Positions 1-12,120 of a DNA stretch of 43,045 nucleotides are shown here, piece by piece (position 1 is the stretch's first letter; each line of letters opens with the position of its first letter). Origin of the DNA: Stramenopiles sp. TOSAG23-2 (lineage: Eukaryota); contig LT649296.1 of the NCBI GenBank assembly GCA_900128395.1, forward strand, positions 1 through 43,045, written 5' to 3'. The notes below the pieces were generated by a model, which worked only from the letters and a program-made list of their open reading frames with translations, was not told where the DNA came from and ran no database searches. A program made the position numbers and the translations under genes.

Positions 1-785
1 TGTTGCAAAAAGAAAAAAAAGAGCACAGCAACAAGAAAATATGCTAGAAAAAAAAATAAATAAAAATGATAATTATTTACAAAAGGTAATGGTATTGTGT
101 ATATACGTACAATGAACAAAGGAAATATACGAGAGGAGGATATAGATTGGATAAATAATATATATTAAAATGTATCCACGCCTTCTCCAATTGCTATATT
201 ATTATTCTTTAAGTTTATAATAATAAAGGATTAATAAATAAGATTAAAGTTGGTATCAGAGTATTGTATGTTTTTGTTCTTGTGTTTTACCTGGTATTTA
301 TATGTTGTTTTATACTGTAAGAAACAAACGGATAACCAGTCCTGTGTACCTGTTACCTGTTAATCCGAGAACTCCGGAACTCGGTAAAAATTTCTCATCT
401 ATATTTGGATTTATCGAACTAGATTTTAATATACTGTAATGCTATGTAGTGCTGTACCTGTATACCTGCGAATCCTAAAAAACCAAAAACCATATCGACC
501 TACATTTTGTATACTCTAATAAGTACGTCGCTTTTCCTTGTTTTGTATACACACAACACACATGTATATTTTTAAAACAAACTAAAGACAACACACATTT
601 ATGATGTGTGTGTTACATGTATACATGAGATGTATATAGAAACAATCAATCGATGTATATATAGCTATTGCATTGTATTGTATATAACCTGGACGATTCT
701 GTATGTTTGAAGGATTGTAGACGACTTCAAGGATTGTAGATATTTGACGGAGAAATCGAAAAAAATAGAAGAAATGAAAAATATT

Positions 786-1012
786 ATTGATGCACGTGTT
801 TTATTATCAATAACAAATAATAAAATTTCTGCTTGCTCCTTTGCATTTGCTTCGATTTCAATTAATTCTTCTGACCATTCATCAACTTGTGGGTTGTAAT
901 ATGTTATTTCCTTCGCTTCCAATAACGGTATAGCTACATCTTTTCTCCAAGTAGTTGGATTACAACTTCCACCTAAAAATACTTTTGCAACATTGTTCTC
1001 TGCCATATTCAT
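786..1012 (-). CDS. Nucleoside 2-deoxyribosyltransferase-like (Raw/NDT-like) domain protein, N-terminal fragment; 3' part apparently missing
   Basis: KVFLGGSCNPTTWRKDVAIPLL...YYNPQVDEWS...AKEQAEILLFVIDNKTR matches the NDT-like/Drosophila Raw domain from memory. Similarity stops after KTRAS (~786) with no obvious GT donor, and the rest of ORF 665-1012 looks non-coding. Confidence 0.7.
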
Positions 1013-1287
1013 TAAAATTACTATAACGAAGTATATATATATAGTACTATGTATATATAAAACAAATTATATAATCTATTACTTGTATCCACAAAATATG
1101 CTCTTGTTGTCGTTGCTATTGTTGATTGAATAATCTTTCTATATCGATATATCTCTGTATCTGTCTAATATATACAGTTATATATATATATATGAATTAT
1201 CCATATTTATAACGAAATAAAGGGGCACAATTACGAAATGCACATAAATATTGTATAAGTCTAGATTCAATGAGCGATCATATCGAC

Positions 1288-1585
1288 ATACCACAAGGCG
1301 TGACTCATTTTTAATACATGGACATACCATTAGCATTATATGCTCTGTTTTTTTTTATTTTCAGATTTTGGACACCTCTATTCATACCACCAGCCGTGGT
1401 AGTCTAATAAATATAAAATGCCACTTTAACTTTAATACCACAAGGCGTGACTCATTTTTAATACATGGACATACCATTAGCATTATATGCGCTGTTTTTT
1501 TTTATTTTCAGATTTTGGACACCTCTATTCATACCACCAGCCGTGGTAGTCTAATAAATATAAAATGGCCACTTTTACTTTAATA
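1288..1585. repeat. Imperfect tandem duplication, period ~147 bp
   Basis: ATACCACAAGGCGTGACTC... starts at 1288 and again at 1435, with a few substitutions/indels. Confidence 0.9.
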
Positions 1586-1821
1586 TCTAAATTTACCATT
1601 ACCACAGGTTAAGTAACCTTGTAAATAAGACGGATGAAACTCTCCTAAAAACAGGCGTGGTCTAATTAGTACATATTTAGTATACTATAGATATATATTT
1701 GATAGGATAATATAAAAAATCGGATATTCTAGATATTTTCAACCAATTAACATTGGTCATTTTTGGATTTTATGAATTGGATTTTTTTCAACAATGGCAA
1801 CAATGTAAATGCACCTTTGTG

Positions 1822-2045
1822 TGAATTGCGTTGCAATTGTTTGTAATATATATAAATAATGTATGTGTTGAATGTTGCAATCTGGTGGAAAAACAAAAAT
1901 GGCATATTAAATATATATATATATATATAAATGAATTGCGTTGCAATTGTTTGTAATATATATATATAAATTAATGTATGTGTTGAATGTTGCAATCTGG
2001 TGGAAAAACAAAAATGGCATATTAAATATATATATATATATATAA
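1822..2045. repeat. Tandem duplication, period ~111 bp, upstream of the aldolase
   Basis: TGAATTGCGTTGCAATTG...GGCATATTAAATATATA occurs twice; copies differ mainly in (TA)n length. Confidence 0.9.
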
Positions 2046-2121
2046 ACTTATTGTTCATATATGCATATATGTATGTGTATAAATTAAATAATAGATAATA
2101 ATCATTATTGTTTGTTTAGTA

Positions 2122-2991
2122 ATGGCATTGAAAAAAAAATTACAAGATCCAAAACAACTTGTATTTGGGACTTGTTGTATTAATCCATCCCCTTCTATTT
2201 TATTACCAACAATTAATTCTAATTTAGATTTTGTGTTTATTGATACAGAACATATATCATTGAATAGGGAACAAGTCAGCTTCCTATGCAAAAGCTTTTA
2301 TTTTGCAAATGTATCACCAATTGTACGTATACCGGACCATGACCCATATAAAATAACTATGATGATTGATGCTGGTGCAATTGGCCTTGTAGCACCATAT
2401 ATTGAAACTGTTGAACAAGTAGTGAAACTTGTTGGAGCAGCGAAGCTACGACCATTGAAAGGAAACAAGTTAGAGGCCATATTATTGAAAATTCAGGAGA
2501 CTATCAGCTTAAAACAAACCAACAAAAAAATTGATTTATACGATGATATTGTAAATGCAGTGATTGATGATAATTTTGTAACGTCGAAGTATTTAAAACA
2601 AAAAAACGAAGATATATGTTTATTTATTAATATTGAATCAACACCAGCAATTGAAAATCTAGACAAGCTCCTTTCCATTCCAGGTGTAGATGGTGTTTTC
2701 ATTGGTCCAAGCGATTTGTCTGTACAATTAGGTGTACCACGTCAATGGGGATCAAAATTATTATTAAGTACAATTGAAAATATCATTAAAAAAACACGGA
2801 AACATAATTTATCAATTGGTTGTCATTGGAGTTTTGAGAATTCAATAGAAAATCAATATAAATGGGTTACAGATTGTGGCATGAATATGATTATCCACAG
2901 TTCAGATATGGTTTTATATAATAAGATGTTAAATAATGATATGAACAAATTAAAAGGTATGTTAAGTCAAACAAAAAATGAACAACTTTGA
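2122..2991 (+). CDS. HpcH/HpaI-family class II aldolase; true C-terminus may extend to 3084
   Basis: Motifs DFVFIDTEH, PIVRIP, DAGAIGLVAPYIETVEQ, NIES, VDGVFIGPSDLSVQLG. Confidence 0.92.
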   Translation: MALKKKLQDPKQLVFGTCCINPSPSILLPTINSNLDFVFIDTEHISLNREQVSFLCKSFYFANVSPIVRIPDHDPYKITMMIDAGAIGLVAPYIETVEQVVKLVGAAKLRPLKGNKLEAILLKIQETISLKQTNKKIDLYDDIVNAVIDDNFVTSKYLKQKNEDICLFINIESTPAIENLDKLLSIPGVDGVFIGPSDLSVQLGVPRQWGSKLLLSTIENIIKKTRKHNLSIGCHWSFENSIENQYKWVTDCGMNMIIHSSDMVLYNKMLNNDMNKLKGMLSQTKNEQL

Positions 2992-3172
2992 TTAATATAT
3001 AAATGCGGTTCGCATCTCTCATCATCTAGTAGTAATAATAATAATAATAATAATACCAAGAAAAAAATGGAAGACGATGTTTGAGAGAGAGAGAGAGTGA
3101 GGGGGGAGAAAAGGAGGACCGGTTCATATAAAAATATACGTATTAATACCAGGTAGAGTGGTTGTTCTACCT

Positions 3173-3410
3173 TTACTTTACACTCATACCACTCAACGCC
3201 TCTTTGTATTCTTTTGACGAAGCACCGTATTTCACACGAATCCCTTTTAATAGTTGCTGATTAGATGTTGTTGGCACAATCTTTGCCGTTCTCTTGTTAA
3301 TCTCTTTTGATTTTATCCCAAAAAATATAAATGGCAATCACAGTTCCCAAGATGCTACCGATAAAAAATATGGCATCAAATGCTACTAACAAGGAGCCAA
3401 ACACATTTCT
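3173..3410 (-). pseudogene. Degenerate 3' end of a membrane-protein gene (last TM helix plus cytosolic tail)
   Basis: Reads NVFGSLLVAFDAIFFIGSILGTVIAIYIFWDKIK, then after a frameshift near 3305 EINKRTAKIVPTTSNQQLLKGIRVKYGASSKEYKEALSGMSVK-stop(3173-3175). In-frame stops lie upstream. Not in the ORF track. Confidence 0.45.
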
Positions 3411-3559
3411 AAATTAAAATATGATGTATTCTATTTGCCTTGGTAATTTATAGAAACCAGTGCATTGTTTTTATAGAGATAAAATGCCATAATAGCGCAG
3501 GTAAATAGCTTAATTATTTAACTTTTAAGTAGTGTTATTAATACCCCAAGCTTTCTCAG

Positions 3560-4010
3560 CCTTCTGCCTTGGATCATCAGTGTGGCGGGCGGCGTTTGGG
3601 CGTATAATGCACCTGCACTGGTGATAGTATGCACGATCTCACAGTCTGTCGAAATGGCATTGCTTTCGTCGATTTTGTTGTCGGCAAGAGACACGGTGAC
3701 GAGAACGCCGGACTGGTAAGTAGACGCGTTGAGGGACACTTCAGTTGGGTGGATGGTGCAATGAAAGCTGGCAGTAGACAATTTCAGCACAATTGTGGAG
3801 AACGGCTCATGCGACAACGACACGGGGTATGTGTAGGACGTTCCCTCTAAGAGTTGTTTAGGCGAAGGTATCACGACAGACGTGTAGCATATCGGGAATG
3901 GGTTGCTGACCAGCCCCTTTACCTCAACAGTGACGTTTTTGTCCAGGCAACCTGCTACCTTCCCTTGGTCGTTGAATTCGCAACTTACCTCCGTGTACGA
4001 CAGACGCTTC
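3560..4010 (-). CDS. Internal fragment of a large extracellular Ig/Calx-beta/cadherin-like surface protein
   Basis: EGTSYTYPVSLSHEP...CTIHPTEVSLN...VTVSLADNKIDE...CEIVHTITS is a beta-sandwich-like pattern. The segment is visibly GC-richer than its flanks with abrupt edges. Confidence 0.5.
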
Positions 4011-4619
4011 ATATTACTATATATATATATATATATATATATAGTTTGATGGAGTTTGGTTTAGATTTTTTGTTTTTTGTCTGTAGGGGCATCTGTATAA
4101 ATATATATAAATATACAATATACATCATAGTACATGTAAGAAAATTTGTTGTTTTGTCATCACAATTTATTTCCCATTGTTATACGTTTTAGTTTTCGCT
4201 GAGCAAATGCCTGAAATTTTCACCTTCTTTTTTTTTTTTTTTCTTCAAAGATTCTTTTTTTGCCCTGATGTAGATGGTTTACACTATATTACTCAGGAAA
4301 CCTTAACGAGCAAATCCACTATAGAGCGCACCTCAAGAATCTAAATCTAAATCGGAGCGTACTGTATACTGTATAGCGTATTTAACTACAGTAAGTATAC
4401 CATACTGCAGTAGTGGTAAGTATACAAACACAAAAAAAAAATGATTATGAGATTAAGATGGGTTAAAAAGTAATAAAAAAACCAAGAAAAAAATAGATTA
4501 AGATATGATACAAAAAGATACGTCCAACCTCAATATGTGGGATACTAGTATACATATATATATATATATAAACGACAAAAGAAACAACAATAATAAGAAG
4601 AAGAAAGAACAACTCAAAG

Positions 4620-5786
4620 ATGAGATTTAATGGAAATGTTGCTGTAGTGACCGGTGGTGGGGATGGCATGGGAAGGGAACTTGTGAAAGCATTAGCATCA
4701 TATGGGTGTAGTGTAGCTATGTGCGATATCAATGTGGAAAATATGAATATAACACGAGAGCAAGCAATGAGAAATGCAACTGATGGTGTTAAAATATCCA
4801 CTTTTAGATGTGACGTGTCAAAGGAAGAGGATTTAATTGCATTTGCAAAAGATGTTGAAAAAGAGCATCACGATTTAACTGAAAGGGGTTTTGCCTTGTT
4901 TAACAACGCTGGTATAGGTGGTGGTGGCTCTATTGTTGCAGATTCAAGAGAACAATGGGAGCGTACATTTAATATCTGCTGGTATGGTGTTTATTATTCT
5001 GTACGTGCATTTATGCCAATATTAAAGGCATGTAAATATGGATATGTGGTGAATACTTCGTCCGTTAATGGATTCTGGGCTTCTGTAGGATTCCTAACAC
5101 CACATACATCATATGCTGCAAGTAAATTTGCTGTAAAAGGTTTTACTGAAGCTTTAATTAATGATTTTCGGTTGAATGCACCACATTTGAAAGCTGCAGT
5201 TGTAATGCCAGGACATGTAAGTATAGTTGTATATATATATATTATTTATTGCAATATCAGTCTTCTCTAACATATAATGAAACGTTCTTTTTTAAATGCA
5301 TATATATATACACATATATAGATTGGTACTGGTATTGGTACAAATACAAACGCAGAAATGAAACAAATTAATTCAGATGAATTGAATAGTGTACGAAGAA
5401 ATAGCAAATTAATTTCGCAACGTGTAGCAGAAATGAAAGCTAATAATGATCGTCAATATCAATTATTGACTGAACGTCCACGTATGTTACGTTATTATGA
5501 AACTCGTGGGGAAAGAATTGGAAATTATTCAGATGAAACATTGCAAGAAAAATTAAATGTACAAGGAGTGAATTTTCGTCGTAATGCAGTAACGACTGCT
5601 GCAGAGGCTGCACAAATAATTTTAGCTGGTGTTCGAAACAATGAATGGAGAATACTTGTTGGTCCAGATGCTCAAAATTTAGATAAAGCCGTACGTGCTG
5701 ATCCATTAAGTGCATATGATGCCACTTTTAATGGGATGAATTTAAACAGAGACAATATTGCAAATAGTAATGATTCGAAATTGTAA
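4620..5786 (+). CDS. Short-chain dehydrogenase/reductase, two exons (4620-5216, 5322-5786), ~353 aa, C-terminal PTS1 (SKL)
   Basis: TGGGDGMG, NNAG, YAASK. The 105-nt GTAAGT...ATATAG intron joins the two ORFs in phase 0 and restores VMPGH-IGTGI. Ends DSKL*. Confidence 0.93.
5217..5321 (+). other. Spliceosomal GT-AG intron (105 nt)
   Basis: GTAAGT donor at 5217, (TA)-rich tail, AG at 5320-5321; removal restores the frame. Confidence 0.9.
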
Positions 5787-5973
5787 AAAAAATATTATAC
5801 ACACGATATTGACATTGAAAAAAGCAAAAATAATGTGTGTGTCTTTCATTAAAATAAAAAAATATATTTTACGACGTAAATCTGTGTAGCAATAAATATA
5901 ATATTAAATATAGTATGTTGTGTATACCCTCTCTTTTTCGTACTCTCGCCTCTCCTTTTTAGTCGTCATGTGT

Positions 5974-6009
5974 GTCAACTCTAGAGAGGATCCTCTCTAT
6001 AGTCAACTC
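5974..6009. repeat. Perfect 18-bp palindrome TAGAGAGGATCCTCTCTA flanked by 8-bp direct repeat GTCAACTC
   Basis: GTCAACTC(5974-5981) TAGAGAGGATCCTCTCTA(5982-5999) TA GTCAACTC(6002-6009). Confidence 0.85.
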
Positions 6010-6085
6010 CATACATTTATTAAATATATTATATTTTTTAATCAAATATTATTGCCTTCTTTTCTTTTATTTATGTGCGCATATT

Positions 6086-7147
6086 TTAAGTTTCAAATGT
6101 TAGAAATTTTTTTAGTTCTTTCTTTGGTTCAATAGTTTGTTGGTATGTTTTATTAACATTGATATTACAATTTCTATGTTTCATATACATTTTCAAAATA
6201 TGTTGTCCAGCTGGACGTTCACGATAATGCATTGCAAATGCTTTTATTTTTGTTGGAAATGTTTTCAAGGCATCTGCATATCTACAAGAAACACCTGGAA
6301 TGATTTTACCATCGCTTACATTACCTTCTGAATCTGGTATAGATGGGCATACCAACAAACAGCTCAATGCAGCAAATAGATAATCGTCGCCACTAGGCGT
6401 TAAACCACCTAAATAATCACCTTCCGAATCTTTTAATTTAGATTCAACATAATCGAACATATCATCAATTGCTTTTACTTTTTCTTTCAATGTTTCTTCA
6501 TACCTTGCTACTCCCCATAATTTTTCAAAACGAGACATTATTTTCTCATATGCACCACCTTTATCCAACATTTTTTTTTTCGTTTGAACATATTGTGAAT
6601 CAGGGCTTTGAAATGAAAAATAATTCGTTGAAACAAAATCAATCATTTCCTCCCTAGTAGCTTCCGTTTCTACTTTTTGCGAGTAGCTGCAATAATATAA
6701 ATTACGAGCAATAGAGCCATATAAGTCAAACTTCTTTTGCATCTCTGGTGTATATGAATTTATATTTAACTCCTTACAAACATAATTCATGATTTCAAAA
6801 CTATCACCCAATACTTTATTAGTATCGTTCGAAGTGCTAGTAACAAGGGCAACTGGTACCATTGAAGAATCCATACGTTTTATATTTGCATCTTCTGGAA
6901 ATTTTTCAAAACCACCACCAACTGTTATTGAATTTTTATGTCGATGTAATCTTGCAGGCGAATCTTCCGGTTCTTGACTTCGTATGACTGCTGCTAATTC
7001 ACCATGTGCCATTGGCAACATAGAAAAAACAGCTTCATCAATTTTAATAGATGGTTTTGATTGGTTTAATAATTGTAACATCCATCTCGAACATTCGCAA
7101 TAATGGGAATGAGCAATAGTGACGCATTTAATAGATGTAGATGACAT
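6086..7147 (-). CDS. Glutathione S-transferase-like protein
   Basis: N-terminal TIAHSHYCECSRWML, VP..., GDSFEI; C-terminal YLGGLTPSGDDYLFAAL and RERPAGQHILKMY...HR, typical of a bacterial-type GST subfamily. Confidence 0.8.
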   Translation of the reverse strand: MSSTSIKCVTIAHSHYCECSRWMLQLLNQSKPSIKIDEAVFSMLPMAHGELAAVIRSQEPEDSPARLHRHKNSITVGGGFEKFPEDANIKRMDSSMVPVALVTSTSNDTNKVLGDSFEIMNYVCKELNINSYTPEMQKKFDLYGSIARNLYYCSYSQKVETEATREEMIDFVSTNYFSFQSPDSQYVQTKKKMLDKGGAYEKIMSRFEKLWGVARYEETLKEKVKAIDDMFDYVESKLKDSEGDYLGGLTPSGDDYLFAALSCLLVCPSIPDSEGNVSDGKIIPGVSCRYADALKTFPTKIKAFAMHYRERPAGQHILKMYMKHRNCNINVNKTYQQTIEPKKELKKFLTFET

Positions 7148-7182
7148 TGTTTTTCCTTGTGTTTCTTGTGTTCAGTTGCTCA

Positions 7183-8178
7183 TCAATGAACCCAAACTAA
7201 TGTTTGTGGACAATCTTGAACAGTATTGCAACTTTTACTGGAGGAAATATCAACACTATGAGTATCAACGTTAGTTGTGACTAAAAATGCACCTTTTGTT
7301 GCATTTGATGAACCAAATAAACCATAAATTTCTCTTCCGTCGTCATTATATGCAAAGCTTGTTATAATGAAATTTTCTAAAGTTGATTTTTCCATGTTTA
7401 ATATATCACGTTCATACGTATTTGTTTTCGTATTATAATATTTTAATTCTACTGAATTTGGTGGTTCTCCATACATATATGTAATGAAACGAGATTTTAA
7501 AGAATCATAAAGCAAATTAAACATTGTTTCTACGGCTTTGGTAAGTTTCCCTTCATTTGCACCTTGCAAATCAAACTCATAGACACTAATCATGCCATCC
7601 TCGTTCTTGCTGTTAGAGGAATATAGATGTAAATATAAAATATCTTTATCACTATCAATACCAGAAGTAGAAGGCATTTGTACTAGACCTGGATGTTCGA
7701 ATTTACCTAATTCTCTAAACATAAGCGATTTCGTATTTAGCGCTAATGCTACATGGGTTGTTTGATTCATTAAACCTGTAACGACAATTTCTCCTGTCTT
7801 TTTGTAATAATCAATACTTTGACCTAATCCAACATAACCATTGGTTATAAAAGGTGTATCAACATTTAAAGTCACAACACCAGTTTCTAAGTCTATACCA
7901 ATTATTGGAGATTTTTTGCTTGTATAGTTGTAAAATAATCCATAGTATACGCCATCATCACTACCCGTTGCAAGTGAGCCTTGCATTTCAAATGTTAATT
8001 CTTTATCCGATGCTATTGGTTTTGATATCTCCGTAATTTTTCCAGAACTTATATCATATTTAGATAATTGCAGTTTATATATATTCATTCCAACTAGAGA
8101 ACCTTCAATAGTAGAAATTATCATTGTAATGATAATAATAATAATAAAAACGATAAATATCAATGCATTACGACTCAT
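7183..8178 (-). CDS. Secreted uncharacterised protein, probably beta-propeller-like
   Basis: 331-aa ORF, hydrophobic N-terminal signal-like peptide ending IEG, beta-rich repeats (GIDLETG, GIDSDKD, NVDTHS), NxS/T sequons. Confidence 0.7.
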   Translation of the reverse strand: MSRNALIFIVFIIIIIITMIISTIEGSLVGMNIYKLQLSKYDISSGKITEISKPIASDKELTFEMQGSLATGSDDGVYYGLFYNYTSKKSPIIGIDLETGVVTLNVDTPFITNGYVGLGQSIDYYKKTGEIVVTGLMNQTTHVALALNTKSLMFRELGKFEHPGLVQMPSTSGIDSDKDILYLHLYSSNSKNEDGMISVYEFDLQGANEGKLTKAVETMFNLLYDSLKSRFITYMYGEPPNSVELKYYNTKTNTYERDILNMEKSTLENFIITSFAYNDDGREIYGLFGSSNATKGAFLVTTNVDTHSVDISSSKSCNTVQDCPQTLVWVH

Positions 8179-8355
8179 ATTTATTAATGTTAATGGTACC
8201 GATATTGTTGCAATTAGTTTTTCCGTAAATATAGTCTATATATATAGAGAGAGAGAGAAAGAAAGAATATTTATAAGTTCAATAAATATAGAGAGAGAAA
8301 GAGAAAGAGAGAATATAAATATTACCAAAAGACAGGAGAAATTGTTGTTACAGGT

Positions 8356-8802
8356 AAATGCCCAAATGTTGCGTTGCCAAAAAACAAAGTGACGTTTAAA
8401 CCATGTTGTCCACTATGCCCATCATCGATGTATGATAGACATGATGTAGAATCGTATGATGATGCAATTTCATTTTTAGAATTACAAATGAAACAAAAGC
8501 GCGATGTATTAATAAAGCACAAATTACATAGAAGTGTGATGGATGAAGCAATGGATAGTCCCTTATCATTTATAGAAATTATGATGCAAATGAAAGAAAA
8601 CAAAGCAAATCCTGCCCCTAGTCCAATATCACGTAAATGTGGCTGTAGTTTATGCCCACATAATATATTTAGTGATGGTGCGACACCGTTTGGAGAACCT
8701 GATACCTTTGAAGATAGAGAAAGCAAAAGTTTTGATCCACATGCATTAAAAGGTGTGCGAAATAAGCAAAATAAACGTAAATATGTACACGATAAAGTTT
8801 GA
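8356..8802 (+). CDS. Hypothetical Cys-motif protein, probably a 3' fragment
   Basis: Two similar motifs PCCPLCP and CGCSLCP. No clear ATG start, and the 5' end abuts a 36-bp inverted piece of a neighbouring gene. Confidence 0.45.
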   Translation, partial: KCPNVALPKNKVTFKPCCPLCPSSMYDRHDVESYDDAISFLELQMKQKRDVLIKHKLHRSVMDEAMDSPLSFIEIMMQMKENKANPAPSPISRKCGCSLCPHNIFSDGATPFGEPDTFEDRESKSFDPHALKGVRNKQNKRKYVHDKV

Positions 8803-9063
8803 TTTTATATTTATAGAGAGAGATAGAGAGAGATCTAGGACAAACGTATTTGAACTATTCCTTCAAATCATGAAAAAAATAAATATCAAATTGAATATAT
8901 TTAATTTTTAAAGAAAAAAATTAAATACGAACGCTTTGTACTTTTAAAATATAAAAGCAAAGTGTATGATGCAACTGCTGATTCTAATGATGGATATTAA
9001 TATTTTTTTTTATTTTAAAAAATACCGAGCGCGAGCAAATTTACCACCACATACCCTCCTGAA

Positions 9064-9273
9064 TCATCAATGAACCCAAACTAATGTTTGTGGACAATCT
9101 TGAACAGTATTGCAACTTTTACTGGAGGAAATATCAACACTATGAGTATCAACGTTAGTTGTGACTAAAAATGCACCTTTTGTTGCATTTGATGAACCAA
9201 ATAAACCATAAATTTCTCTTCCGTCGTCATTATATGCAAAGCTTGTTATAATGAAATTTTCTAAAGTTGATTT
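9064..9273 (-). repeat. Identical 210-bp copy of 7180-7389 (3' end of the secreted-protein gene)
   Basis: Same-orientation match with offset 1884; encodes KSTLENF...LVWVH*. Confidence 0.95.
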
Positions 9274-9367
9274 AGCCGCATTAGCTGAGCTTTTTTTAGC
9301 ATTACTTGCACTTTTCTTTGCACTACCACTTTTACTCGATCCTTTACTAGCACTAGCACTACCTTTC

Positions 9368-9869
9368 ACCCTAATTTGATGCGTATGATTGAAGCTGGTC
9401 AGGATACTGAGACGCTATATATTATAATGCCATATAAAAATCGTGGCGATTTATTTAACAAGCTTATTGAGAATGGCCGAATGACAGAAGCTAACGCACG
9501 ATTTTGTGTAAGAAAGATGGTGGCAGGCTTATATTTTTTTCAGCAAAGCAGTTTCTCAATGAATGATACATCAATGGAAAATACAATGGTGCATTCAGAA
9601 GATGATACTGAAGAACCTGTTTTAATTGATTTTGGTGCAGCAGAATATCTTGCAGCAGATGATCGTGGTAGAAGATTGAAAAATATTGCCAATAAATCTT
9701 ATAAGCCATATGCAATAGCTCCAGAGGTTTACTTGGGAAATATCCACCAGGAAAGAACTCATGATACCACCCTTGCTGATATTTGGTCAATTGGTATCAT
9801 TGCAATCTGCTTGGTAACAGGTATACAACCAGTGAACTATAGGAATAGACAGGAAGATTATTATCGTAA

Positions 9870-9885
<16 letters not shown>
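9368..9885 (+). pseudogene. Inverted, slightly diverged partial copy of the kinase domain at ~10040-10572
   Basis: HPNLMRMIEAG...YIRYG versus HPNLIRMIEFG...YIRHG; several substitutions and a different NYR-DYY segment; truncated at both ends. Confidence 0.85.
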
Positions 9886-11477
<1,592 letters not shown>

Positions 11478-12120
11478 TTATATATATCAAATTTTTAATT
11501 GTTTATATTTTATATATGTATATCTTTTGTTTTCTTGATTCAAAGATCAAGGCCAGCTTCAATATATATAATTAATGCAAAATATGTATATTAATATATG
11601 TATTGCGCACTTTTAAATGATTTACAGAAATCTCCTCCCTCCTCTTGGTGATAAATATATTACCGTCCTTTACTCTTTCTTTCTTGTCTACCTCACTGTA
11701 TAAATATATTACTATCCCCCCTTACTTTCCTATCTATAGATGACCATTCTTCTTCTTCATCTTTGTATCTGTATATAAAAAAAAAGATTTTTCATACTGG
11801 GATATATAATTTCAAAATAATAGTGTGTGGTTATCTTTAATTTTTGTTTTGTTGAAAATGATGCGTGTTTTTTTCAATGGCAATGCTATTTGCCTGTATT
11901 ATTTATAGACTATTCAATTTTCAGAAGTGTTGAACTAAGAACTAAGATTCTCTCCATTTTCAAGTTTTGTGCTTTTCGTCTCTTCATTCATTTTTTTTTT
12001 TTCTCGCTGCCTTGATTTCGTTGATATTTAGAATTTTTTGGATTTTGAAGTGTGTCGGGTTAATAATAGGGTTACTGAATATGACGAAAATCTAAAAAAT
12101 CGTCGGTTAGGATTTTTTTT

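Noticed and set aside
4360..4393. TACAGTA/TACTGTA as Tc1/mariner excision footprints (also 313, 432, 18714, 18756, 31985)
   Set aside because: An AT-rich 7-mer expected several times by chance; enrichment cannot be shown by eye.
9067..9369. 100-aa ORF as a real gene
   Set aside because: In-frame join of two unrelated fragments with a non-ATG start at a junction.
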